A stretch of DNA of 64,000 bases. It comes from a bacterium. Lineage in GTDB: Bacteria > RUG730 > JAAEPJ01. The position numbers were made by a program, and so were the translations under genes. A model generated the notes under the pieces. It was not told where the DNA came from, searched no databases, and worked only from the letters and a program-made list of their open reading frames with translations. The number at the start of each line of letters is the position of its first letter. Position 1 is the first letter of the stretch. The DNA lies in contig JAAEPJ010000072.1 of assembly GCA_024222485.1 (NCBI GenBank), forward strand, positions 11,897 through 75,896, given 5' to 3'. Positions 56,422 through 64,000 of this stretch are shown here, one piece after another.

Positions 56422-57163
56422 AATAATTCTCTCTTAAAAAAATTACGGCTTCTAAAAAAGCATAGGGATTCGCTCTCAAAAAAATATCGGGGTTTAGAAT
56501 ATCTTTGTTTGTAAAATTCAAAATAAATTCGGGGTTTAACTTTAAAAATGCTTCACGACTATAAATAGGATAACGAGGACTCCTTTGTTCAACAATATTA
56601 CGAAAACCTGCAAAGGCTAAAATATCATTTAAATAGCTTTCCTGACTAACCGTTATGAGTGGTTCATCAGCCAAAACAATAAAAGTATCAATCAACTTAT
56701 TAGAATCAACTTTTTTCAATTTTCTTTCAATATCTGAAAATTGACTAACAGCAGTTTCTAGTTTACCAACAACTTCAGCAACCTTAAAAAAATTTGTTTT
56801 AATATCTTTAAAAGTCCTACTTTCTGATAATATAACGACAAAAAAACCTAGATCTTGTAATTTAGCTATTAATTCACGAGGATGGTCCTCTTTGGTAGCA
56901 AAAATTAAATCTGGGGATATTTTTAAAATCTCTTCAAGGTTTGGATTGATCATACCACCAATTTTTGGCTTATTTTTAGCAATTGAAGGACGATTACAGT
57001 ATAAGGTTACACCAACAATACTGTCAGCTTCGCCTAAGTTATAGAGAATTTCTGTAATATAAGGGCTTAAAGAAATTATCTTTTGATACTTTGAAAGAAG
57101 GGTCGAAAACCCCACAGATGAAAACAACAATATAAATATTAATAAAAAAATATTTTTTCTCAA
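56402..57163 (-). CDS. periplasmic substrate-binding protein, class III (BtuF/FhuD-like)
   Basis: Signal peptide, then IISLSPYITEILYNLG and PDLIFA motifs of the cluster-A Peripla_BP_2 family. Confidence 0.75.
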   Translation of the reverse strand: MRKNIFLLIFILLFSSVGFSTLLSKYQKIISLSPYITEILYNLGEADSIVGVTLYCNRPSIAKNKPKIGGMINPNLEEILKISPDLIFATKEDHPRELIAKLQDLGFFVVILSESRTFKDIKTNFFKVAEVVGKLETAVSQFSDIERKLKKVDSNKLIDTFIVLADEPLITVSQESYLNDILAFAGFRNIVEQRSPRYPIYSREAFLKLNPEFILNFTNKDILNPDIFLRANPYAFLEAVIFLRENYYDVYKK

Positions 57164-57395
57164 CAGATATTTCCTTTAGTACTCGCCAAAAGATAAAGCA
57201 AACCATAAAAAAATTAAAAATATCATTGCTATCTACTCTTATAAATTACCAAACAATCTAAATATAAAAGCAACTCAATAAAGATGGGTTTCCAGAAAAG
57301 GAACATATAGTATTTATCTACCGTACACAATATCAATGGATTTATTGCTTTAAAGGGCAAAAAAACAGAAATAATTCTCATCAATAGCTTAATTT

Positions 57396-57429
57396 AATGT
57401 AGTGGCATAATCATTTATACCACTACATT
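57396..57429. terminator. 10-bp hairpin downstream of the beta-barrel gene (terminator candidate)
   Basis: AATGTAGTGG-14 nt-CCACTACATT, about 45 nt after the stop at 57474. The T-run is on the plus-strand side only. Confidence 0.4.
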
Positions 57430-57473
57430 TTAATGCTTAGCGATAATAATCAAGAGATATTACTCGCCATACC

Positions 57474-58700
57474 TCATAAACGATCTTTCTTTACTGTTTC
57501 ACCAAACCTTAATGAAACACTTGCCATATGAAAAGACTCTGGGCTATCACCTGGATACATACCTTTCTCATCGGTATAGTAAGCATAATCAAATTTAAGA
57601 GCCCATAAATAAAACCCTATACCAGCCGTAGGATAACCAGAATTAAGACCAATTCTACCAGATAAGAACTTCCAAGTAAATTCTGCCCCCATATGAGTCT
57701 TTTTCAAAAACTCTGCGACATCTTCAATTTCACCATCACCATCCTCATCAGTAATATCTCTAAAATCTAAAGCCAAAGAAACATCTGGGACAAATAAAAC
57801 ATTAAACCATTCCTTTAAAGGTTTATAAGCAACACCAAAATTAACCCTTGGATAAATAAGGTCACTTCGAGCAGATCTCGAATCATCATAGTTATCAGTA
57901 AGATCATCATCATCAACCTTGCCATAATCAATTTTAGTAGCACCAATATCTGAAACCATCATCCCAATTTTTAAATTATCAGCTAGATCATAATTAAGAC
58001 CAACATCAACTCCCCATCCTTTCCCGGGTTGTAAAATGGGGTCATCAATTTCATCCAAAAGTAAAACACTCTTTTTCTCTAAAAATGATACTCTTGCTAA
58101 GTACTTAACATTCAAACCAGCCGATATCTTGTCAAATTTATGAGATAAAAGAAAAATCCCAGCAAGGTCAGCATTCCCTTTAACCTCTAACTCTGGAACT
58201 AGAAGCCCTGCTTCTTCCATTTTAAATGATGCCTCAACATTATCAAAAATACCAAGTCCCCAAAATGTTGTCCCATCAATACCTAAAGGGCCAGAAATAT
58301 AATTAAAGTTGGGTGCGGATATAGAAAGTGTATTTTTATACGTAGAAATCTCATTTGAAATATCTCGCCTCAACTCGGCTTTACGCTCTTTAGTTAACTT
58401 ATTCGAGTCATCGGAATCAAAATTTTCTAAATCATCTTGATTATCATCCAACCATTGTACAAATTCTAGAAAATCTTCAGACACACCAACACGAATTTCT
58501 GCCAATGTAAACAAATAGTTTTTTCTGGATGTTACACCTGCAGGATTATAAAAAAAAGCATTTTGGTCATTAGCAACAGCAGTATAAGGTCCCCCCATAC
58601 CAAGAGTACGAATACCTCTTAGAAAAAAAGGTTTTTCCGCCGCAAAAATAAAAGAATTAAAAAGTATGGCTAAAAGGACTAAAAATATTCTTTTTATCAT
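57474..58700 (-). CDS. outer-membrane beta-barrel protein, PorV/PorQ/UPF0164-like
   Basis: Signal peptide, then LRGIRTLGMGGPYTAVANDQNAFFYNPAGV (G-x-R-x-x-GMGGA...NPAG motif). It also has acidic loop insertions and a C-terminal aromatic-rich strand. Confidence 0.6.
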   Translation of the reverse strand: MIKRIFLVLLAILFNSFIFAAEKPFFLRGIRTLGMGGPYTAVANDQNAFFYNPAGVTSRKNYLFTLAEIRVGVSEDFLEFVQWLDDNQDDLENFDSDDSNKLTKERKAELRRDISNEISTYKNTLSISAPNFNYISGPLGIDGTTFWGLGIFDNVEASFKMEEAGLLVPELEVKGNADLAGIFLLSHKFDKISAGLNVKYLARVSFLEKKSVLLLDEIDDPILQPGKGWGVDVGLNYDLADNLKIGMMVSDIGATKIDYGKVDDDDLTDNYDDSRSARSDLIYPRVNFGVAYKPLKEWFNVLFVPDVSLALDFRDITDEDGDGEIEDVAEFLKKTHMGAEFTWKFLSGRIGLNSGYPTAGIGFYLWALKFDYAYYTDEKGMYPGDSPESFHMASVSLRFGETVKKDRL

Positions 58701-58713
58701 TTTTAATTCTCCT

Positions 58714-59679
58714 TTAAGAGTTTACAGTTTCCCAAAGCTCAATGAACTCTGTTTCTGAGTTAGAGGAACTTTCTGAGGTGAAATGATTAAACTCATCACG
58801 CAAATCAGCCAAAATACTAGAATCTTCAGAAGCTCCGGCTTTTTGAATAGCAATATTAATATGATCAACAGCACCTTCCCAATTCCCAAATTTCTCATCT
58901 AAATCATTGTAGGGAATATTATAGCGAGCCGCACCTTTTACTCCAATAATATATAAAATAGCTTTTCTTAGCTGTTTTTCGAACTTAGGGTGAGCGTCGG
59001 CATAAGTATCTATCCCCTCAGGAATAATGAGAGAATAGTCACCTTTAATATTATCCATTTTAATAATATCGTTATCTTCCAATATTTCGCCATTAGCATT
59101 ACTATCTAAAATAAACATAGCCGCTTGCAAAAACATTAAAAAGACGAAATTTATATTAAGATTTGGGTTACGCTGATCAATAACTCCATCGCAATAACCA
59201 TTGGTTATATATTTATAATCTGCAATAATTATATCAATCTTCTCATAAAATTGTTGTAATGATCTTCTGGTAAATGGCAACAATAATTCTTGATTATTTT
59301 CAATAATAAGATCAACGGACTCTAAGACAGGGTCTTCTAAGCTTGTTGATAAAGACGATTCTCCCACAGCATCATCATCGACAAAGTCCAAGACTCTTAC
59401 AAAAAATTCAGACATATTAATGCCTGCTAATGCTGTATTAGCCCTTGCTCTACCATATCTTGCTAATGAGTTACTCGGTTCTTTTTGAAGCACTTCAGAA
59501 TAATATTTAGCAGCCTTGGCATATTCTTTGTTTGCCATTGCGGCATCTGCATCTGCTGTTAAAGCTTCGACACTTTTATTGCTTCCATCTTGATGTGCCC
59601 ATTCAAAAAAATTTTTATCTCCACATCCAAAACTAAAAAATAAAATAGTTAATAGTAATACAAGGAATCTAAATTTCAC
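58714..59679 (-). CDS. TPR-containing lipoprotein
   Basis: Lipobox LTILFFSFGC followed by AMANKEYAKAAKYYSEVLQKEPSNSLARYGRA (TPR-like). Confidence 0.6.
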   Translation of the reverse strand: MKFRFLVLLLTILFFSFGCGDKNFFEWAHQDGSNKSVEALTADADAAMANKEYAKAAKYYSEVLQKEPSNSLARYGRARANTALAGINMSEFFVRVLDFVDDDAVGESSLSTSLEDPVLESVDLIIENNQELLLPFTRRSLQQFYEKIDIIIADYKYITNGYCDGVIDQRNPNLNINFVFLMFLQAAMFILDSNANGEILEDNDIIKMDNIKGDYSLIIPEGIDTYADAHPKFEKQLRKAILYIIGVKGAARYNIPYNDLDEKFGNWEGAVDHINIAIQKAGASEDSSILADLRDEFNHFTSESSSNSETEFIELWETVNS

Positions 59680-59779
59680 TTTATTCCCCTCCTTTTAAAG
59701 ATAAAAGAAGGCTATCTACCCACGATAAGGTATATATATACAAAGAAGAATAAACAGAGTATATATTTTGTGAAAATAT

Positions 59780-59818
59780 AAAAAAAGATGGACATGAAAA
59801 ACATCTCCATCTTTTTTT
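59780..59818 (-). terminator. bidirectional rho-independent terminator downstream of the XRE gene
   Basis: aaaaaaAGATGGACATGaaaaaCATCTCCATCTttttttt: a 10-bp stem with one mismatch, flanked by an A-run and a T-run. Confidence 0.7.
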
Positions 59819-59888
59819 GAGGATGATAGGTTCTTATTCTTGATTACATTTTATACTAGTTAATGTCTCTAGTATATTAATGCCACAA

Positions 59889-60134
59889 TCAACTTTTTTT
59901 CTTTGTTTTTTTAACAATTAGTTCATCTACACTCACTTCAAAAGCTCCTGCTAATTTAATAACAGTTTGTATTGTTGGATGTATTGCAGCACCTTGCTCA
60001 ATTTTGGTAACAGTGTTGTAAGCTAATCCAGACTTTTCAGCTAATTTCTGTTGTGACCATTTGTTCTTTTTTCTTAGATCTTTAATTTTCTTGTCCAAAT
60101 CCAAATTTTCAATTTGTTTTTCTAAGTCTGACAT
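59889..60134 (-). CDS. XRE-family helix-turn-helix transcriptional regulator
   Basis: IKDLRKKNKWSQQKLAEKSGLAYNTVTKIEQG...PTIQTVIKLAGAFEVSVDELI is a canonical Cro/C1 HTH. Confidence 0.85.
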   Translation of the reverse strand: MSDLEKQIENLDLDKKIKDLRKKNKWSQQKLAEKSGLAYNTVTKIEQGAAIHPTIQTVIKLAGAFEVSVDELIVKKTKKKS

Positions 60135-60376
60135 TTTATTACCTTCCTCTTTTTTATTTTTATAAACATATCAATTTACATATCTATATATGAATTAAAT
60201 ACATTTTAGGTAAATTTCTTATATTTGTATAGTATTTTTTATCTAATTGTTTATTTTTTTTTACTCCGTCTAAAGTTTATTTTTAATCAACATTCTATAC
60301 TATTTATTTCTACCCAAAATTTAAAGGACGAGTTCACCATAAATGCTTCATTAAAAAAAACGATCCAAGTAATTCT

Positions 60377-62263
60377 TTATTTTACTCCACGCTTAAAGTT
60401 AAACCTCTGAAGTGGAATATCATCAAAATTTTTATTCATCTCATAATTTTCTAATAATTTACTCAAAAAATCTTGATTTGGTTTAATAAAACTCAAGTCA
60501 AGACAAAAATCATTTACACCTAATTCTTTTAACTTTGGTTTAGCATTAAAAATCATTATTGGATTTTTAGGGATTAAAATACTAAGGCTTCCCTCTAATC
60601 TCTGTTCAAGTGTAATATCACCTTTATCAGAAACAACTGTTCCGTAATCCTGATCTTTTGTTAACATCCGCGACCTTGTAATCACAGGCTTTCCAAACAA
60701 ATTAACAATCCGCGTAAATTTTAAGCGTTTAATATTTAAAATATCGTCTTCCCATGAAGTAAAAAATTTTATTACACCTAGGTCCCTTAAACCTCTTGCA
60801 CTATAAGCATTCCAAGTGTATAAAAATGTCCCTGCAATTTTTTCGGAAACTGCAGGGACAAGATCAAAGTGTGATATATTGTTCAAAATAAATGTTGCGG
60901 CATCAATTTTCTTATAATCATTTAATTCCCGTTCCAAAATAAATGGCGGTAGCTCAACTATCACATTACTAGGAATATGCCAAAGATTTCCCTGATTCAC
61001 CGAAAAAATAATATTCATAGAATTTAAAGATAAAGACTGTAAAATATCTAACCACTTAGGATCATCTATCTTAAACCAAATTGTTTCATTTCGAGAGAGA
61101 GACTTTAACTCCCTGTCCCAGACTCTAGCAATGAGGCTGGTATAACTATTAATAAACGGAAGTGAGGCAATATTTCTTTTAGTATGAATACGGTAAATTT
61201 CATTAACCTTTTTTGTAAGCAAAGCTTCATCAAAGGCAAATGATCCTGTCAGATAAACAGGATTGCCTTTAGTAAAGCCTTCTACCTCTGGAATATCGCC
61301 CTTATACTTAAAAACAAAGGCTCTATCCGTCTCCGTATTAACGATTCTAAGTCGATCCCCTAGTTTTGCCCCTGAAAAATCTGGGAACTCAGAAATTTTA
61401 ACACCCATACACTGTGCTTGATCAGGCTCAAATAATTTATCATCACGCCCTGAAAATACACAAGAAGACTTCAGTCTTGCATAATCTTGTTCTAGAACAC
61501 CATTTTTATACTGTGATACGGCATTAAAAACATATTCGCTACTCCTCATCCTACCTTCAATCTTTAAAGAGGTCACACCTGTTTTTTTTATCTTTTCTAA
61601 ATAATCAACAAGCTCCAAATCCTTTGGAGAAAATAAATAACCTTTCTCTGTATTCGTGGCACTCCACTTTCTTCTACAAGGCTGAGTACAAAGACCACGA
61701 TTCCCACTAAACCCGCCAATTAATGACGAAAACCAACACATACCAGAAACAGAAAAACACAAGGCTCCATGGACAAAAATTTCCACTTCAATATTTTTAC
61801 TTCTTGCAACTTTTCCGATAGATTTAACCTCAGAAAAAGTAAGTTCACGTGCTAAAACTATTCTCTTAAAACCTAAATCACTTAAAACCTTAACACCACT
61901 CGTATTATGGCAAGCTAATTGAGTGCTCGCATGTAATCTAAGTTGAGGAAAATAATCATGGATTATTCTTGCCAAACCTAAATCTTGAACAATGACAGCA
62001 TCAACACCTAAGGGGGTAATTTTTGTTAAAATTTTAACAACATCATTAACCTCTTGGTGCTTAATCAAAATATTTAAAGTAACATAAACTTTAATATTTT
62101 TAGAATGTGCATAATCCGTCAAAACTTCTAAATCATAAAAATTAAAATTATTAGCATTTTTACGCGCATTAAAATCTTGCAACCCAAGATAAATTGAGTT
62201 TGCTCCTGCGTTAATTCCTGCGATAAATGCTTCTTTTGAACCTGCGGGGGCTAATATTTCCAC
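60377..62263 (-). CDS. peptidase U32 family protein (long form)
   Basis: MEILAPAGSKEAFIAGINAGANSIYLGL...FNARKNANNF and the E-x-F-x-HGALC / GNRG.C.Q.CR signature (EIFVHGALCFSVSGMC, SGNRGLCTQPCRR). Confidence 0.85.
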   Translation of the reverse strand: MEILAPAGSKEAFIAGINAGANSIYLGLQDFNARKNANNFNFYDLEVLTDYAHSKNIKVYVTLNILIKHQEVNDVVKILTKITPLGVDAVIVQDLGLARIIHDYFPQLRLHASTQLACHNTSGVKVLSDLGFKRIVLARELTFSEVKSIGKVARSKNIEVEIFVHGALCFSVSGMCWFSSLIGGFSGNRGLCTQPCRRKWSATNTEKGYLFSPKDLELVDYLEKIKKTGVTSLKIEGRMRSSEYVFNAVSQYKNGVLEQDYARLKSSCVFSGRDDKLFEPDQAQCMGVKISEFPDFSGAKLGDRLRIVNTETDRAFVFKYKGDIPEVEGFTKGNPVYLTGSFAFDEALLTKKVNEIYRIHTKRNIASLPFINSYTSLIARVWDRELKSLSRNETIWFKIDDPKWLDILQSLSLNSMNIIFSVNQGNLWHIPSNVIVELPPFILERELNDYKKIDAATFILNNISHFDLVPAVSEKIAGTFLYTWNAYSARGLRDLGVIKFFTSWEDDILNIKRLKFTRIVNLFGKPVITRSRMLTKDQDYGTVVSDKGDITLEQRLEGSLSILIPKNPIMIFNAKPKLKELGVNDFCLDLSFIKPNQDFLSKLLENYEMNKNFDDIPLQRFNFKRGVK

Positions 62264-62266
62264 TAT

Positions 62267-62830
62267 TTAAATCCATTTTACCAAAGGTGGTTTTTTTGAT
62301 GGTGATTGAGGGAAATCATCTTTTGGGTAGCCAAATAAAATTGGGCCATAAATTATTTCGCCTTCTTTTAACTCTAAAATTTTTTGAATTTCAGGATCTT
62401 CCATGCCTAATTGACCAAGATAAACCCAACAACTACCAACATCTAAAGCTCTAGCTGCTAACATCATGTTTTCACAAACCATAGGGCAATCAAAATCAGA
62501 TGTCATGCCATAACCAATAAGAACAATAACGACATCTGCAAAATAATAAACAGGATCTGATGTTTTAACATCAACCTTAGCTCTTCTTGCTTTAACAAAC
62601 TCTGGCTTATCTTTTAGCCATTCTTGATACTTAGGTATTGCAAGTTTACGCAAACGGTCCAAGATAGTTTTTTCTTGAATAACAATAAATCTAAAATTTT
62701 GAGTATTCATTGCCGTGGGGGCTTGATTCCCTACATCAATTATTTGCTTTAAAATATTTTGAGGAATAGTTTTTTGTTTATAAAAACGGACGGACCTCCG
62801 TTCTTGAATATTTTGTAAAACCTTATTCAA
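62267..62830 (-). CDS. nitroreductase family (FMN-dependent) protein
   Basis: IQERRSVRFYKQKTIP...APTAMNTQNFRFIVI is the N-terminal nitroreductase signature. Confidence 0.8.
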   Translation of the reverse strand: MNKVLQNIQERRSVRFYKQKTIPQNILKQIIDVGNQAPTAMNTQNFRFIVIQEKTILDRLRKLAIPKYQEWLKDKPEFVKARRAKVDVKTSDPVYYFADVVIVLIGYGMTSDFDCPMVCENMMLAARALDVGSCWVYLGQLGMEDPEIQKILELKEGEIIYGPILFGYPKDDFPQSPSKKPPLVKWI

Positions 62831-63163
62831 ATTCCTTTCTCCTTCTTACTTTTTATATAAATATATCTAATAATGATAGGAAGAAATCTAGCAAGAATTA
62901 TATAATTAAGTATAAAATTCTTTTTCTAAAGAAAATAGCTATGTACCTTAATTAAATCAAACCTCATTTAAAACTTATTTAATTATACTGTGTTACAATT
63001 AACTTATGAAGTTTATTTTCTTACTATTTTACTTTCCCTCTTAAAAGTTACAATACATACCTTAAACAGTTTAATAATCAGGAATAATAAAATATTTTTC
63101 CATAAACATTCTAATTTCACCTAGAGAAACTAAAGTTTCATAGAAATTATTTTTATTTTTTTA

Positions 63164-63192
63164 TAGACAGACACTAAAATATTTTGTATAAA
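63164..63192 (+). promoter_or_regulatory. sigma70-like promoter candidate for the tRNA cluster
   Basis: TAGACA-17 nt-TATAAA, about 30 nt upstream of tRNA-Lys. Confidence 0.4.
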
Positions 63193-63222
63193 TTAGCCTC
63201 TTAACGATAGCTATTTTATTTT

Positions 63223-63295
63223 GGGTCGGTAGCTCAGCTGGTAGAGCACGTCCCTTTTAAGGATGTGGCCGAGCGTTCGAATCGCTCCCGGCTCA
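63223..63295 (+). tRNA. tRNA-Lys (anticodon UUU)
   Basis: Hand-folded cloverleaf: GGGTCGG acceptor, D-arm GCTC/GAGC, anticodon stem CGTCC/GGATG with loop CTTTTAA, and T-arm GAGCG-TTCGAAT-CGCTC. Confidence 0.9.
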
Positions 63296-63331
63296 TAATA
63301 AAGTAGCTATTTAATTTAGTACATTGCTTTT

Positions 63332-63403
63332 GCCTCCATAGACTAGCGGTTAGGTCACCGCCCTTTCACGGCGGCAGCAGGGGTTCAAATCCCCTTGGAG
63401 GTA
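63332..63403 (+). tRNA. tRNA-Glu (anticodon UUC)
   Basis: Anticodon stem CCGCC/GGCGG with loop CTTTCAC, T-arm AGGGG-TTCAAAT-CCCCT, and acceptor GCCTCCA/TGGAGGT. Confidence 0.85.
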
Positions 63404-63441
63404 TTTTTTATAAAATTAACTTTTAAATGTTAATTAATTAA

Positions 63442-63514
63442 GGGCGGTTAGCTCAGCTGGGAGAGCATCTGCCTTACAAGCAGAGGGTCAGAGGTTCAAG
63501 TCCTCTACCGCCCA
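63442..63514 (+). tRNA. tRNA-Val (anticodon UAC)
   Basis: GGGCGGT acceptor, anticodon stem TCTGC/GCAGA with loop CTTACAA, and T-arm AGAGG-TTCAAGT-CCTCT. Confidence 0.9.
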
Positions 63515-63590
63515 TTTTTTATCAGGATAAAAATATAAAAAATTTATAGCTGACATCTTTAATTATTTTAGATAAGATATTCATTAATTG

Positions 63591-63664
63591 GGGGATGTGG
63601 TGTAGTTGGTTAACACGCAGCCCTGTCAAGGCTGAGATCGCGAGTTCGAGTCTCGTCGTCCCCG
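63591..63664 (+). tRNA. tRNA-Asp (anticodon GUC)
   Basis: GGGGATG acceptor, anticodon stem CAGCC/GGCTG with loop CTGTCAA, and T-arm GCGAG-TTCGAGT-CTCGT. Confidence 0.9.
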
Positions 63665-63677
63665 AATTTTTTAAGAG

Positions 63678-63706
63678 CGAATCCTTTTTTAGGGTTCGTT
63701 TTTTTT
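63678..63706 (+). terminator. rho-independent terminator of the tRNA cluster
   Basis: CGAATCC-tttttta-GGGTTCG followed by a T8 run, 14 nt after tRNA-Asp. Confidence 0.8.
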
Positions 63707-63753
63707 ATGTCCATTTTTGATATGTTTTATAGAATTTATAGGCTTATTTTAGG

Positions 63754-63999
63754 TTATGCTACTTGATTTCGAAGTCCACGCCACGATACTTCTTTGTACG
63801 TTTTAATTGTGTGGTAAGGACTTAAGCTATTGTTTGTATTGTTGTTGACAGATTGTTTGCTGTCTTGTTTGTTCCTATCAATTGTCGTGAATCGTCCACG
63901 AGAACTATCCATTGGTTGAGATCCCATTGCTTCCTTGAATTCCCTTAAGCTCTGTTCATTTGGTGTTTCTGAATTCTGTAAGCTTCTAACTTTTGCTTC
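63754..63999 (-). CDS. C-terminal 82 codons of an unidentified protein; the ORF continues beyond the window
   Basis: Own translation gives ...EAKVRSLQNSETPNEQSLREFKEAMGSQPMDSSRGRFTTIDRNKQDSKQSVNNNTNNSLSPYHTIKTYKEVSWRGLRNQVA-TAA (stop at 63754-63756). The reading frame is open to the edge. The region is noticeably more GC-rich than the rest of the window. Confidence 0.35.
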   Translation of the reverse strand, partial: EAKVRSLQNSETPNEQSLREFKEAMGSQPMDSSRGRFTTIDRNKQDSKQSVNNNTNNSLSPYHTIKTYKEVSWRGLRNQVA

Positions 64000-64000
64000 T

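Noticed and set aside
1-64000. CRISPR arrays, rRNA genes, tmRNA/RNase P/SRP-like structured RNAs, prophage or integrase genes.
   Set aside because: I saw no regularly spaced direct repeats. The remaining long intergenic regions (15511-15868, 57164-57473, 62831-63222 and others) are very AT-rich, with no recognisable conserved RNA motifs. No recombinase-like ORF is present. Covariance-model scans would be needed to exclude small ncRNAs.

Overview
AT-rich (roughly one-third G+C by eye, not computed) bacterial chromosomal segment read with the standard code 11: TGG encodes Trp and TAA/TGA/TAG all terminate the long ORFs. I call about 57 protein-coding genes, 4 pseudogenes or gene remnants, 5 tRNAs, 2 riboswitches and several intrinsic terminators. 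All but two intact genes are on the minus strand. In minus-strand transcription order (right to left) the content is:
- nitroreductase, U32 peptidase, an XRE regulator, and a TPR lipoprotein with an outer-membrane beta-barrel;
- a btuFCD-like ABC importer, then a cobalamin riboswitch with a TonB-dependent receptor;
- panC, clpB and tRNA-Ser;
- a small patch of decayed genes;
- an eight-gene PspA/IM30 - DUF4178 - DUF350 - membrane aminopropyltransferase - voltage-gated K+ channel cluster;
- a large secreted LamG/Fn3 protein with a T9SS-type C-terminal sorting domain, translationally coupled to a beta-barrel protein;
- housekeeping genes cmoA, hemW, yajC-secDF, efp, nadE, PBP1A and ychF;
- an approximately 6.5-kb accessory island holding a nuclease remnant, a RadC/JAB fusion, a BcgI-like type IIB restriction-modification pair and an IS3 remnant;
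- doxX (plus strand), menA and a polyprenyl synthase;
- a nirBD fusion with nirC;
- an FMN-riboswitch-controlled rib operon;
- DJ-1 (plus strand);
- an rlmN-HAD-radC-PURalpha-like-xth-glgA string, a ferredoxin, and a speD-speE-decarboxylase polyamine operon.
The right edge carries a plus-strand tRNA cluster (Lys-Glu-Val-Asp) followed by a compositionally different partial ORF. The T9SS-type sorting domain, PorV/PorQ-like barrels, DUF3276 PUR-alpha-like protein and TonB receptor suggest a diderm in or near the FCB group, but the taxon cannot be fixed from this window. The most interesting candidate for an uncharacterised system is the PspA-polyamine-K+ channel cluster (40049-46397). The accessory island (18.1-24.6 kb) comes second. 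No CRISPR array, rRNA or intact mobile element was seen.
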